NCBI GenBank assembly: GCA_012295275.1
Contig: CM022678.1
Location: 6,386,001-6,450,000 of the forward strand
Direction: 5' to 3'
Source: Chrysomallon squamiferum
Taxonomy: Eukaryota; Animalia; Mollusca
Length of the DNA: 64,000 nucleotides
This document shows, piece after piece, positions 28,127-54,296 of the stretch (positions are counted from its first letter, which is position 1; every line of letters starts with the position of its first letter). The translations under genes and the position numbers were made by a program. The notes under the pieces were generated by a model. That model searched no databases. It was given only the letters and a program-made list of their open reading frames with translations, and was not told the DNA's origin.

Positions 28127-29950
28127 CTGTATTGTGACAGAAGTGTTGCTTTCATAGATAATAATTATCTAGCAATTTTTTTAATCTCCAACAAAAGCAG
28201 TTCCAAAAAATACCCCCCCCAAAAAAAATACCCCCCATAAAATACCTCCCAAAAAACCACCTAGATGCTGTACTGTTGTTTCAATAGGTTGGTGTAAAAA
28301 ATTATTTTCAGGCAATTTTGTGAAAAAGTTCTATCATCTAAATATTTTCCACAAAGATTTTCTTGATACCAAATTGCTGGGTAAATGTGTTAACATGATT
28401 AACAATGACCAGTTGTTGCTGGACCCTTTCATACGCCATATTCGTTTTTTTTTTTTTGCTTTGCATTCTCTCTGTTCATTGGAAATGTAAATGTTTCACT
28501 GCACACGAAAGATGTGTTTTGTTACGAAAGAGTTGCTTAGGAGAGATTCAGTCAGGCAGAAATTTCGTGTTTCTTAAATGTATTTAGAATTAAAATTATT
28601 TTTGCATCATGAATTGGAATTAAATTATCTAACGATAATAATCATTTGGATGTTTATTAACTTATTTATTGATTTATTGATTTTTATTTATTTATTTATT
28701 TTAATTTATTTATTTAATTTAATTTAATTTATAATAAGAAATAAAAAGTGAATATGAAAGATTAATAATGTATATTTTGGAAACATGAAAGGTTTTTTTG
28801 TTTTTGTTTTTTTTTTTTTCTTTTTAATTTTAATTTTGTTTAATTTTTTTTTTCTTTTTTAACGTTTATAAAGCGGAATTTTTTATAAACTTTATTTTCA
28901 ATGTTATTTATTTTATGATTATTATTGTTATGATGATTATTATTATTATTATTATTATTATTAAAATATCATTATTAAAATATGCAACAATTTTTATTGT
29001 CTTTGATTTAAACAGAACAATTTTTTGTTATTAATCTAATGAAAAATAAATCCTTTTTACGTGAAACCTTTCCAAAGATTATAGTCGTTTTAATCAGCTG
29101 TTAATAAAATACAGATTTAATAGTTTCTTGTTTTTTGTGAAACTTGACATTTTTCCATTTGTGGAGTTTACTTTTTCTTTTTTGTCACTGTTCCTTGCTA
29201 GTTAGAATTTCTTATTTCATTAAAAATAGTTGTTTGTTTCACTCATATATTTATACATTCATTTTTATTTTTCTGCCCTTTTGCATAATTATTATTATCA
29301 TCATTGTTTTAAATTGATCACTATCACCAGTCATCATCATTGTCATCATCTTTATCATCACAGGATGATTAAACAGTTACAGTTGTCATTGGTTTTGTTT
29401 TTTTATCTTGAGAAATATTTGCAGGTGTCTGTCTGTTTGTTCATGTTTAAATCTGGGTATTTGTGTGTATGTTCTGTTGACTAGTCCGTATTTTCTCTCT
29501 CTCTCTCACTGTCACACACTCTCACACACTCACACACACACTCCCATTATTATACCAAAAGTTTTATTTACTTAAAAAAGATAAAAAAATAATAACTGTA
29601 CTCCATCTTGCCTTACTTTATCACCACCTTTCTCTCATGAGTATTCAAAAAGATAAACAATATTTTGTCCACAGATTTATTTATATGAAGCAGAAGGGTG
29701 TGTGTGAGAGAGGGAGAGAGAGAGAGATTCTAACAGTTAACCATAAAAATTTAAAATATTGAATCAAATTTATAACATTTATTTTTTTCAATACTGACTC
29801 GATTTTCTTGTATTTCCATAGATTTTTTTTTTTTTAACAATATTTATATGAAATAACAAACAAACAAGAGTTTACTTTATTCTCATATATTTTCTCACCT
29901 TCGGTACATTTAAAGGATAACATTTTATGGGCATCGAGGCTTCTCTGTTT

Positions 29951-31054
29951 TTACAGTGTAAAACACTTGAAAAATCCACTGGTGCGACACGTACAAACCA
30001 AGATGGAGTGGCGAATTGTCATCTGATGTCGAAATCCCTGCCGAAAACACTGGTTTTTGTACCAGCATTCTGAAGTAGAAAAATACATCACCACTGCTAG
30101 TTCTACTTGTAGTTTCTTCCATAGTTAGTAACAGTGACAGTAGTAGTAGTAGTAATGGAATAATTTCAGTGATAGTTGTAACAGTAATGGATACTTTTAC
30201 TGATAGCAGTAATAGCACTAGTGATGGTAATAGTGTAGTAATAGTGATAGTAGTAATAAAGTAATAAATTTGATAGTAATAGTAGGCAATAGTAAAATAC
30301 TTTTAGTCATGGTAATAGTGTAGTAATAAATTTTTAGTGATAGTAATAGCACTAAAACTTTTACTATGGCAATAATAGCACTAGTGGTGTAGTAAATAAA
30401 TAATTTTTTACTGATAGTAGTAATAGCACTAAATGTTTTACTGGTAATAGTGTGGTATAAATAATAAAAATACTTTTACTGATAGTAATAGCACTAGTCA
30501 TGGTAGTGTAGTAGTAAAATACTTTTACTGATAGTAGTAACGGCACTAGTGATGGTAATAGTGTAGTAGTAATAAATACTTTTACTGATAGTAGTAACGG
30601 CACTAGTGATGGTAATAGTGTAGTAGTTATAAATACGTTTACTGATAGTAGTAATAAATACTTTTACTGATAGTAGTAACAGCACTAGTGATGGTAGTAC
30701 TGTAGTAGTAATAAATATGGCTACTACTACTATTGCTAATAGCTACTACTATTACTATCAAAACTGGCTACTGCTGCTACTACTACTACTACTACTACTA
30801 CAAACATACAGCTACTACTCATAGTGTTTTAATATAGAACAAATTGACACGTTTCTGGTTTAATACTCACCTGACTCGGCTGCGCGTAAAACCACTTTTT
30901 TCACTTGATACTCGTCGTCATCTTCGTGGTTTTTCACTAAATACATGTCACACTTGACAGTTTCGCAACGGCTGTTTTTGTAAACTTGACCATTAACGTA
31001 CAGTTTCGTACCTTCCAGTATACAGTCTGTTAAAAACGACAATCATCAGTTGTT

Positions 31055-31131
<77 letters not shown>

Positions 31132-32216
31132 GTATATATTTTTCAGTCTGAAGTATACTAGATATTTAACAACAACAACAACATACCTCCATTTACACTT
31201 TAACCAAATAAATATCTCAGACCACAGTAGTAAAAAAAAAAAAAAAAAAATGTGAAAAAACAACAAAACAAAACAAAAATATTACAAAAAAAAAAAAAAA
31301 AAAAAAAAAACCACTAAAAAAACGATGGTATGAGACCCTTTTGCGAACTCTCATTTCCGTTAATAAATATATTTTTTATATTTATATTATTTATATATAT
31401 ATATATATATTTCTTTTTTTTTTTTCTACAGCTTTTAATTATTACATTAAAAACTAGGATGAGGGTTTGTAGTTAAAATAATCTCGACTGTTAACGGGAA
31501 ATTAAAAAACGAGATAACCGATCACTCACAACTTTCTCCTTTCACCAGTTCCGGTCCTCTTTGTGTACATCGAATTGTGATGGTTCCCAGAAGTTTGTTA
31601 GTGTCTAAAGGAATTTCCTCTCCTTCAGATGTTACACACTTTCGTTCGTCTTCGTCGTAGGTGACTCGGACCGCTAAAATAAAAATATAAGAAAAAAAAA
31701 AAAGAATATATAAAGAAAAAAGAAAGAGAGAAAGAAATTATAAATGAACAAATAAAGAAAGAATGAAAATTATAAATAAATTAAACAAGAAAGAAAGAAA
31801 GAAAAGTATAAATTAAGAAAGAAAAAATATATATATAAATAAATGAAGAAAGAAAGAACGAAAATATAAATAAATAAATAAATAAATAAATAGATGTTTA
31901 TCAAGGAATACCGTCAAAGAGTGTTTTGCTTGACAACCGATTCTTGGATATTTCATTTTATTTTAAATTATTTATTTAACTTATTTACGTGGTTTTTTTT
32001 TTTTTTTAATGTAAATCTCTCTCAACCTCCAACAACACGTCTGTTTTCCAAATGATCTAGACGCATTTTCACATACACACACACGCACGCACACGCACAC
32101 ACACACACTGTTGTCAGCTTACGCATTGACGTCAGAGACTTGAGAATAAACGCTGCAGAGGACAATAGCACTGGGCTCATCACAAGGAAAGCAGTGACGG
32201 TGTTGTAGTAGTTCAT
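29951..32216 (-). CDS. Secreted Cys-rich protein, cluster paralog A (170 aa, most divergent copy)
   Basis: Exons 32216-32123 (MNYYNTVTAFLVMSPVLLSSAAF.., signal-like), 31673-31530 (VTYDEDERKCV..TIRCTQRGPELV), 31026-30871 (CILEG..RCETVKCDM..), 30069-29951 (CWYKNQCFRQG..VCTCRTSGFFKCFTL*). All introns are phase 1 GT-AG, total 513 nt. AATAAA at 29881-29876. Confidence 0.8.
30220..30720. repeat. Degenerate ~60-bp minisatellite in intron 3 of paralog A
   Basis: Repeated aaatacttttactgatagtagtaacggcactagtgatggtaatagtgtagtag. Confidence 0.75.
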
Positions 32217-32406
32217 GGTGAAAAGATCTTTGTATAATAACGTAAAAAAAAAAAAAAAAAAAAACGTCTATAATTTTTATAATATATGCATGTGTGCGTG
32301 CGCGCGCGTGTGTGTGTGTGTGTGTGTGTGATATATGTATATTTGTATATCTGTATCTATCCATCTAGCTATATATATATATATTATGTATGTATGTATG
32401 TATGTA

Positions 32407-32439
<33 letters not shown>

Positions 32440-32876
32440 TTCTGTATATATATACGTCTGTACATATGTATGTACATATATTTGTACATACGTAAATAAA
32501 CTTACATTTAATATCATTCCGTTCTGGCTGCAGAGTGTGGGATATTTTTAACTTTACTTAATTTATGTCTGATTTTGTTATGAGGATTTTTTTTATTTTT
32601 TTTTTATCTATTTATTTATTTATTATACATATTTATTATATTTATTTATTATATTTATGTCTCTCTCTCTCTTTCTGTCAACGTTTATGACTGAACATCA
32701 CTGCCATAGTTTTATGAAATAGAAAGTTATGTAATACTATTTTACACTGTCACTGTTTGACAACAAAATTACTTTTTAGTTTTTAAATTAAATAAATAGT
32801 TGTTTGACTGTGCTAGGAGTATTACTGTTTGTACGGTTAATTACTTATTTTAATAATTAGCAGAAAAATCTTTACC

Positions 32877-32959
<83 letters not shown>

Positions 32960-33332
32960 ATGTACGTATTTTTCTCTTTAGCTGTCTCACTCTGTGTTTA
33001 TGTCTCTCTTTCTCTCTATTTTTGTGTCTATGTCTCTTTATGTCTGTACCTATTTATTCGTCACTATTTCGCTTTCTGTTACTCTCATTTCATTTTTTGA
33101 CTGTTTTCATTTTTTTTATTTCGTTTATATATTTCTTTCTCTCTCTCTGTCTGTCAACCTTTATGCTTGTGTCTGTGTGTGTGTGTGTCTCTGTTTTCAC
33201 TCTCCATCTGTCTGGCTTTGTCTCAGACTGTCTGGTTATCTCAGTCTCTCCCTTTTTGTCTGTCTCTCTGTTTATGTGTACCTGTGTCTCTTTATCTCTG
33301 TCTGTCTCTATCTGTGTGTGTCTTTCTTTCTC

Positions 33333-33400
<68 letters not shown>

Positions 33401-33599
33401 TCACATTTTCTGTTTGTATATCTCTTTCGCTGTCTGACTGTCTCTCTCTTTCTCTCTGTCTGTCTGTCTGTCTGTCTGTCTGTTTATTTCTCTCATTGTT
33501 CCTGTCTCTCTGTATATATCTTTTTTCTCTGTCTTCTCTCATTTTACTTGTATCGCTATGTGTGTCTTCCTTTCTGTCTATGTCCATTTGTTTTGATAT

Positions 33600-33691
<92 letters not shown>

Positions 33692-34100
33692 TTTTTTGTG
33701 TTTTATCTCTCTGTGTATCTCTCTTTCTCTCTCTCTTTGTGTCTGTCTCTCTGTGTCTCTTTCTCTCTATCTGTCTCTTTCACTCTGTATACCTCTTTAT
33801 CTCTCTCGTTGTTTCTCTTTCTTTCTTTCTTTCTTACTTTGTATCTTCAGTCGTCACTAAATATTTATTTATTATTTCATTTTAACAAAGTGTAATGTGT
33901 AATCTGTTTATATGCTTTATTATTCTGTCTACTAATTTTAATAATTTTGTACACACAAGTCATTGTTTACAATCATCTGTATATAATGTTAAAATTTTAT
34001 ATTAACATCATGTTTTCGTTTTGTTTTCCATATATGTGCATAAACAACTTTAAATATTCATTTACAAGACGTTGCACCTGGAAATTATTTTTCTGTCTGT

Positions 34101-34131
<31 letters not shown>

Positions 34132-34200
34132 AAGGACAAAAGCAAACAAACAAATAAATAAAAAATAATTTAATAACCGAAATAAAGAATATAATAATCA

Positions 34201-34264
<64 letters not shown>

Positions 34265-34332
34265 TAATAATAATAATAATAACAATAATAATAATGATGG
34301 TGATGATGATGATAATAAAGCAATATTATAAG

Positions 34333-34435
<103 letters not shown>

Positions 34436-34499
34436 CATTGTGTGTGGTTATAAGTTCACTGTTAAAGATGCTATTATTTTTCTCCAGATACTCTCAGAT

Positions 34500-38498
<3,999 letters not shown>

Positions 38499-38618
38499 AA
38501 TAAAACATAACAGTAAATAAATAATGTATCACTAAGAGGTAGTAAAGTTTTAATTATACTGAAAGTGTATGTTTAATAACAAAACAACAACAACAACAAC
38601 AATGACGATGACGATGAT

Positions 38619-38623
<5 letters not shown>

Positions 38624-38688
<65 letters not shown>

Positions 38689-38766
38689 CACACGCCATAA
38701 AGGATTCAGAATAGATGTTTCCTCACCTGTTTTTATATACAGCTTCCACTTAATCCACACATAGTA
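38624..38766 (-). repeat. Inverted duplicate of the 3' part of paralog B exon 3, its donor site and the (GA)n tract
   Basis: Reverse complement of 36143-~36260 (tactatgtgtggattaagtggaagctgta..aaaacaggtgaggaaacatctattctgaatcctttatggcgtgtgg plus GA repeat). One visible mismatch in about 79 nt of unique sequence. Confidence 0.9.
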
Positions 38767-39694
38767 AAAATATTACACAAACTCATACTGAAATATCACA
38801 TAAACTTACACTGAAAATATTACACAAATGCGTACTGAAAAAATCACGCAAGACCATACTTATTAGCGTCTGAAGCGTCATCACTTCCTGGCAATGACGT
38901 CATCAGCCACGAACGTTTTACGTCACGGCGTTAATCGACAGGCAATGGCCAGGCGACAGACAAAAGGCTCAAGGAACAAGGGCTTGTTAATAACGCAGAA
39001 GACGTGATCTGAGAATACAAAAACGTCATTTACGAATGGAGACAGGCTGACTGTGCAACGATGGAAGCTGTTTGACTGACAGAAGGCAATCTTTACTCGC
39101 CGACACTGTTTTTAGAACTGATGGAAGACAACGTGTTTACAGTCGAAATCGAGAACGAACGACGGCTTGTTGCGTTCAAGACGTCGTGCCAAACGACGGA
39201 GGTTGTGGAGGTATATCTGATATATTTATTATTCTTCTTTATGATTTTTCTTCTTTACTTTTATTTTTTATGGGAAAAGAGAAAGAGAAATTTCGAGTCT
39301 CGCCAGCGCTGTCTGACAGGGGTTTTGTGCGTTGGTAGAAAGGACTTTGTCCTCCTATGCCAATGCGTTATTCCCGAATGCTGTTTACGTGTAGAGTTCT
39401 AATCAGACTTATGTAACAAAGAGAATATTCAAATCCTGAAATACATATATGCCTGTGCCAGGCACAAAAACAAAACAGAAAAAAAAAAAAAAAAAAAAAA
39501 TAATAATAATAATACAAAACTGACGAAAGATAAAAATGGCGTGCTTTGTGGGAAGCGATGATTACATTCGGTTTCTGAGCAAACGTTTTTAAGGTTGCCT
39601 TGATGGCCGACAATGGGTGACGTACATTTGAGTCTGGTCAGCGGCATATGACGGGGCTAATATATATATATATATATACACATAAATAAATAAG

Positions 39695-39748
<54 letters not shown>

Positions 39749-40096
39749 TATAAATAAATAATAAATAAATCAGAACTAAAAAAAACAAAAAAACATATAC
39801 TGATACTATCATTCAGTCCCCTAGAAAAAAAAACAAAAAAAACAAATGTATTCCAAAAAAGTAAAATAAAACAACAGCAACAAACAACAAAAATAAAAAT
39901 GTGATAACGATAAAGATAAACACAATACATGGATGGGGGCTGGCATTTACACCTGCTGTTACGTTACCTGACTGTAAAACAGAAATCATTTTGTTATAAT
40001 GACACGTATGCAGGTAGATCTCCGTCTCTGATTTAATATTTGTAAATAATCTTTTATCTCTATAATCTCTTTTATCTTTATCCCTCTATAAGTCCG

Positions 40097-40194
<98 letters not shown>

Positions 40195-40304
40195 CTCTTT
40201 CTCATTTTCTCTCTCTCATCATCTTCATCATTATCAACCTCAGTCGATTCATCAGTTAAAGAGGCTATGTATTTTCTGTTGTTTTTTTTCAGATCATCTC
40301 AAAC

Positions 40305-43413
<3,109 letters not shown>

Positions 43414-43431
43414 AAATAACAAAATTTGGAG

Positions 43432-43467
<36 letters not shown>

Positions 43468-43678
43468 TTAAAGGATATTAATAAAAGTTCACGGATAAAT
43501 CTTGTATTTGTTTTTCTGTGTGTTCACAAAAGTTTTAAATTATATATTCCGTCAAATCGAGAAAAAAAAAAGAAAGAAGATAAAAGATTGATTAAAAAGC
43601 AGAAAGACAAAAACAAAAGAAATTAAAGAAAAGAAAAACAAAAGAGATTGGCACGAAGAGCTGTGTTGATACGAAACC

Positions 43679-44260
<582 letters not shown>

Positions 44261-44422
44261 TGCAAACTGATTTTTCTTTTTATTGTTATTTCTATCAATC
44301 TTTCTTCATTTTTTTTTTTTTTTTTTTTTTTTTCTTGGTTCCATATATAGTTTTTTTTGAGAAAAATACAAAATAAATAGAGGATTTGGCTGTGAAACTT
44401 TATTCCTTCTCAGTGATATTTC

Positions 44423-44497
<75 letters not shown>

Positions 44498-44501
<4 letters not shown>

Positions 44502-45310
44502 AGGTTTATTCTCTCACAGGTTAAATCTCCATTATAGTTACACAAGCAGGGAACTTTCTTTTGTCCATCGCCGTTTGAATAATGCCCAAGCTTTAAACAC
44601 ATGTTATCATGGAGGCAGCCTTATGTAACCATAATAATAATAATAATAATAATGGTAATAATTGTAGTAGTAGCTCTAGTAGTAGTAGTTGTAGTAGTAG
44701 TAGTAGTAGTAGTAATAATAATAATAATAATAATCATAATAATAATAATAATAATAATGGTAATAATTGTAGTAGTAGCTCTAGTAGTAGTAGTTGTAGT
44801 AGTAGTAGTAGTAGTAATAATAATAATAACAACAAGAATAGTTGTAATAGTAGTAGTAGTAGTTGTAGTAGTAGTAGTAGTTGTAGTAGTAGTAGTAGTA
44901 GTAATAGTAGTAGTAGTAGTAGTGTGGTAATTATGATGACGATGATGATAACAACGGTAATGAATACTGTCATGATGATAACAGTATGGACATATATAAA
45001 TCATGTAATGTGTTGTGTTTGTATGTGTTTGTGTGTGTGTGCGTGTGTGTGTAAAATAATTTAGAACAAAAGCTGTATGTTTCTTTACCTAGTGTCATCT
45101 GCAGTTTCCAAATAATCCACACGTAATATTTGTTTTCTGCTGGCTTCAGTGTCAGTTCACACTTATATTTCTTACATTCAGTCACCTCACTCTCTCCAGT
45201 TGATATTATCTCGCCGTTGTATTTGCAATCTGCAGTGACAGATAGAAGAAGAAGAAAAACAAAAACAAACTGGCAGTCGGACAGACAGATAGAAATGGAA
45301 TGGATAAAAA

Positions 45311-45405
<95 letters not shown>

Positions 45406-45540
45406 GAGAGAGAGATAGATATAGAACAAGAGAGAGAGAACGAGAGATAGATATAGAACGAGGGCGAGAGAGAGAGAAAGAATAAGGGAGAGAGAACGAG
45501 AGATAGATTATAGAACGAGAGCGAGAGCGAGAGAACGAAG

Positions 45541-45610
<70 letters not shown>

Positions 45611-46210
45611 TGCTGATGCACATATACGTTATTTACAGCTCTCGTGTTGCAGTAAGCGAGGCCCTCTCGAGGTACAAATTAAGGAAAATGTCGCATTAGA
45701 ATGTTTAATACGTTTTCCAACCACAAAGTTTCCCCATTTGCTAATACACAGATGTCTGGATTCGTCGTAAGAAGTCTGGAGCGCTGAAATTCATGTGCAG
45801 TAGAAATTGAAATTTTGCAGCGTTGAAACTGAAACTGACGTACATTTTAAGTCGGATCTAATGTTAAAAATCGAGAAGAAAATGAAAAACGAATAAAACT
45901 GAAATGGACGTACAACTTGAGCCGGAAATCCGTTTGAGTAACTTTTGAATGTTTTTACAACGAACCTGAAATTGGGTTACAAATAAACTAATAATGATTT
46001 ACAAATAAAATGAAAACGGTTTCAGAAATAAAACTGAAATTGATTTTACAAACAAACAAAGTAGATTTACGAATGGACCAAAAATGATTTTGCGAATAAA
46101 CTGAAAATGTTTTACAAAATCAAATTATTTGAAAATATTTTCGAAGTAAAGCTGAAATTAATGTACAAAATAAACATGAAATCTTTTAAGAAATAAGGCT
46201 ATTTCTTCTT

Positions 46211-46243
<33 letters not shown>

Positions 46244-46423
46244 TTATTACTGCTGTTCTACTACTACTATTACTACTGCTATTACTGCTGATGTTGTTTC
46301 GTATATATATTCCACATAAATTAATCAGTAAATACCAAATCTAGTGGCAAGAGTTTGTTCATAGTTTGTCGCCGTTGTGAAGGAAACTACCAGGATGAAG
46401 AGGAGACAAACGTCGCAAGGCAT
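44498..46423 (-). CDS. Secreted Cys-rich protein, cluster paralog D (165 aa)
   Basis: Exons 46423-46336 (MPCDVCLLFILVVSFTTATNYEQTLATRF), 45783-45637 (LQTSYDESRHLCISKWGNFVVG..LICTSRGPRL), 45229-45089 (CKYNGEIISTGESEVTECKKYKCEL..YYVWIIWKL), 44619-44498 (GCLHDNMCLKLG..PCLCNYNGDLTCERINL*). All phase 1, total 498 nt. Confidence 0.85.
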
Positions 46424-46495
46424 GTCTGCGATAATCTGAAGAAAAAAAAAAGCGAAAAAAAAGTAGCATTGTCAACTGATAACCTGACTGAAGTC

Positions 46496-46526
<31 letters not shown>

Positions 46527-46585
46527 GAGCGGCAGAGAGAGACAGACAGACAGACAGAGAAACATACAGACAGACAGAGACAGAC

Positions 46586-46659
<74 letters not shown>

Positions 46660-46927
46660 AGGGAGGGATAGAGGTAGAGAGAGAGACAGAGGGGTATAGA
46701 CAGAGAGAGACATACAGACAGACAGACAAACAAACAGACAGACAGATTTGAAAAAGTCTAGGGCAGAGATATGTGTCTTTTCAACAAAATGATTTCTACA
46801 GACAGATTACAGTCAGACAGACAGAGAGCGATTTAACAACATATGTTTTTTTTAAACAAAATGATTTATCATTACAGTCATCGTCATCATCATTTTTGTT
46901 ATGGTCATTATTATTATCATTATCATC

Positions 46928-46989
<62 letters not shown>

Positions 46990-47126
46990 GATTTGTTGTT
47001 GTTAATTTTGCCATTTGGGTGGTTTTATTATTATAATTATAAAATTTTTTTTACTATTGTTTATTATTTTGTTGTTGGTGGGGTTTTTTTTTAATTTTAT
47101 TTATTTATGTTTTAATGTGTGGGTGT

Positions 47127-47162
<36 letters not shown>

Positions 47163-47215
47163 CGAGCATATTGCCGTTTGTATTTAAATCCTAAAATACA
47201 TAGATACCAGTGCCA

Positions 47216-47269
<54 letters not shown>

Positions 47270-47471
47270 AATACCCCAAAATGACCCAAAGATGACGAAA
47301 GATGAAAACGACGTGCTTTGTGGGAAGCGATGATTACCCTCGGTTTTGGAGCAAACGTTTTTAAGGTTGCCTTGATGGCCGAGCAGTTTCGTCATCCTCT
47401 TCTGGACTGTGGGCAAATGGGTGATGTGCATTTGAGTCTGGTCAGCGGCATCTGACCGGGGCTAATATATA

Positions 47472-49678
47472 TGTTACAGTAAATATGTCAGAATAGTCCT
47501 TTAGTCTAAAGCTGAAGACTGTCAGACGTTAGGCCTAACAGTCACTAAAATGTTCAGGAATTAGGCCAAACGACTGAAATAGACCTCTAGTCATTAGGCA
47601 AAATGATTGAACAAAAACAGAAAAACTTGCAGTTGCATGAAAACATAATTATTTCAAAACACATCACGAGTAGTATTCTATTTATTACAGCAGTTCAAAG
47701 TTGAGTGACATCTTGAATTGCAGAAAAAAAAAAAAATTATTCTTGAAACATTTTGTTTGACACATCTTTGTCCTCGCCCAGTTGAATTTCACGAATCTTT
47801 GTCCACCTGCGGATGACTTGTTTACCATTGCAGCTCTAAGAGACATTGTGATGTTCACATCATCCAACAACAGCAGTCTCCGGGGACACACATCAAACAG
47901 GATCCTGGAATATTTTTTCTTTCAGAATTCCAGACGAGCATGCTATGTATGGTATACTGAGGATACAGAACTCGGTCAAATGGTCCTGATAAACCATGAT
48001 CATCCACTTGTACAATTCCACTGGGTAAGGACTGCGTGTCTTCACGATCAACCTGGCCACGTGACAAAAACTCCTTGGTCAGAATAGGCTGGATCATCGC
48101 TCCTTTGGTTGTTGGCCTCTTTCAGTTTCTGTTGAGCGACCATGCACATCAACCTGAACAGTTCGATAGCTTCACGTGTCACATTCACGTAATTTTTGGG
48201 GGGATTGTTGTTTCAGAACACGTCCACCGTGGCCTGTTCAGATGTGTGCCCGCTTGATGACGTCAAAGGTGTCGTCAATGGAAACGTAGTACAGAGGTGA
48301 AGAACTAGGACATGACCTAGTACTCGTGGTTTGGTCTTCTTCAGTGTCAGCAGAGTTCTTCTTCTTCTTTAGCTGGTCCATAATCAAGAAGTACTCTTCC
48401 TTTGGAATGTGTTCTGTCTGTCTTGCAGGCTTCATACTTCTTAAACAGTTCTGTCTTAAAAGCGATCTTCTACATGAACCACCAAAGTGGACACATAAGT
48501 GATCTGAATGTGATCAGGAACTACCGTATTCTATACCACCTATCAACACTTTGATGTATCAATACCTCTACCACTAATATCCTCCTATCTAATTCCTCTT
48601 TGATGTAAGAATAACTCAACCACTAATCCCTGTAATGAACAGAGGTAAGCAAAGCATTAAACCCATTTGACTGTCGGTAGTAAAACGATTGGTCTTTGAT
48701 GTAACAATACCTCTACCACTAGTACCTACGGTCAAATTGGTCTTTGATGTTAGACTAACACAACAGTAAGGCAACACAGAGTGAAAATAAAATGTCTTTA
48801 AATTACATTTCTCTGTTGTCACTGTGTTGGTACATATGTAACTAGTGTGCTGAAATATGGGGTTTCCAAAAAAACAAGCATACTTATCGAAAGATTAAAT
48901 ATTGATTGAAATTAATTATTACAACAACAACAACAAAAATCTATTTTATATTATAGAAAAATAATTTGGTGACTTATATTAAGAAAAACTTTATCTGAAT
49001 TGGGATTGGCATACACGTGGATAGAACAGGACCCGATTAATGAAAACTAAAAGAATTATATAATTAATTAAGCAAATAATATCTGACGAAGCAAGGCAGA
49101 ATCTTTCAGTTCAGATAAATACATCTGTGAAATGTGACAATTTATAACAAATACATTACAAATGGTGTAACAATTCAGTTTTATTTAGTCAAATCAATAC
49201 CAATGTTTATATATATATATATATATAAAAATACTTAACAAAAGTGAGAGTATCAGCATACCACCTGGCAAATGAGACTTGGAAGATACAGGATTACTGA
49301 GAGAGCAGAAAGAATATGTAATATTATGTAACAGTGGTGGGTTTGAAGACGAGGTTGAAAATAAAAAATCACTGTGTAAGTGGGGAAAATATTTGTTTAA
49401 AGCGCTTCAGTGCAGAAACGTTTCGATTAGTTAGATATATAATTTATGTGCTATTTCTATTCTCCAAAGTTTTTTTTTATTTTATTATTATTATTATTGA
49501 CATTATATATCAATAAGCTGTAAAGCTTACGATAATAAAGAATTGAATTGAATCGTTAATCCCTACTATGAACACATGTAAGCAAAGCATTAAACATATT
49601 TGACTGAATGTCAAACAACACCAACCAAAATCTAGTCATTTGGCCTAATTTCTGGAAATTTTAGTCATTTTAGTCATT
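47472..49678 (-). mobile_element. Decayed integrase-type DNA transposon (Ginger2/KRBA2-SCAND3-like) inserted upstream of paralog E
   Basis: Minus-strand broken frames at ~48470-47860: PLYYVSIDDTFDVIKRAHI*TGHGGR, NVTREAIELF..C, KRPTTKG..QPILTKEFLSRGQVD, YKW.MVYQDHLT.FCIL (HHCC zinc finger plus rve integrase core). Imperfect inverted repeats at ~47544-47576 and ~49633-49665. The block interrupts a (TA)n run that is uninterrupted upstream of C (~39660). Confidence 0.75.
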
Positions 49679-49697
49679 ATATATATATATATATATG

Positions 49698-49768
<71 letters not shown>

Positions 49769-49856
49769 TATATGTGTGTGTGTATACACACACACACACA
49801 TAAATATAAATAAAAAAAGTAACAAAAAAGTAAGAAAATAAATAAATTAATAAATA

Positions 49857-49903
<47 letters not shown>

Positions 49904-50147
49904 CTACTACTACTTCTACTACTACAATAATAACAGCTATGACAGATGACGATGGAAATGATAACGATTAAAGCAATACGTAGAGGGGGGCGGGTATTAA
50001 CACCTGCTGTTACGTTACCTGACTGTAAATCAGAAATCATTTTGTTATAATGACACGTATGCAGGTAGATCTCCGTCTCTGATTTAATATTTGTAAATAA
50101 TCTTTTATCTGTTCCATCTCTTTTATCTGTATCCTTCTATATGTCCG

Positions 50148-50279
<132 letters not shown>

Positions 50280-50480
50280 CTAGTTCTGTCTCTCTCTCTT
50301 TCGTTCTATATCTATCTCTCGTTCTCTCTCTCTCTCTCTCTTTCTCGTTCTATATCTATCTCTCGTTCTGTCTCTCTCTCGCTCTCGTTCTATATGTATC
50401 TCTCGTTCTCTCTCTCTCTCGTTCTTTCTCTCTCTCTCTCTCTCTCGTTCTCTCTCTCTCTCTCTCGCTCTCGTTCTATA

Positions 50481-50560
<80 letters not shown>

Positions 50561-50716
50561 TGTATCTGTCCATCTGTTCTATCTCTCTCCCTCCCTCCCT
50601 CCCTCCCTCCTCTCTCTCTCTTTCTCTCTCTCTTTCTCATCACCATCATTATCAGTCGATTCATCAGTTAAAGAGGCTATATATTTTCTTCTCTTTTTTT
50701 TCAGATCATCTCAAAC

Positions 50717-53961
<3,245 letters not shown>

Positions 53962-54015
53962 AATTATACACAGCGTGAAATCGAAAAAATGATAAAAGAT
54001 GATTAAAAAGCAGAA

Positions 54016-54046
<31 letters not shown>

Positions 54047-54176
54047 ATATAAAAAATGAGAAAAAAAGAAAAAAAAGAGGAGAAATTCAAAATAAACATA
54101 CTTGGTTAGATAAGTTTTTTTTCCTTGCCAGGCTTGAATAGATATGTTGATACAAAACCCACAAATATCAATCAAT

Positions 54177-54296
<120 letters not shown>

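Noticed and set aside
32994-33895. Overlapping SLSLSL/ERERER ORFs, and similar poly-I/N/Y/CV ORFs throughout the window
   Set aside because: Simple-repeat artefacts with no splice or homology support.
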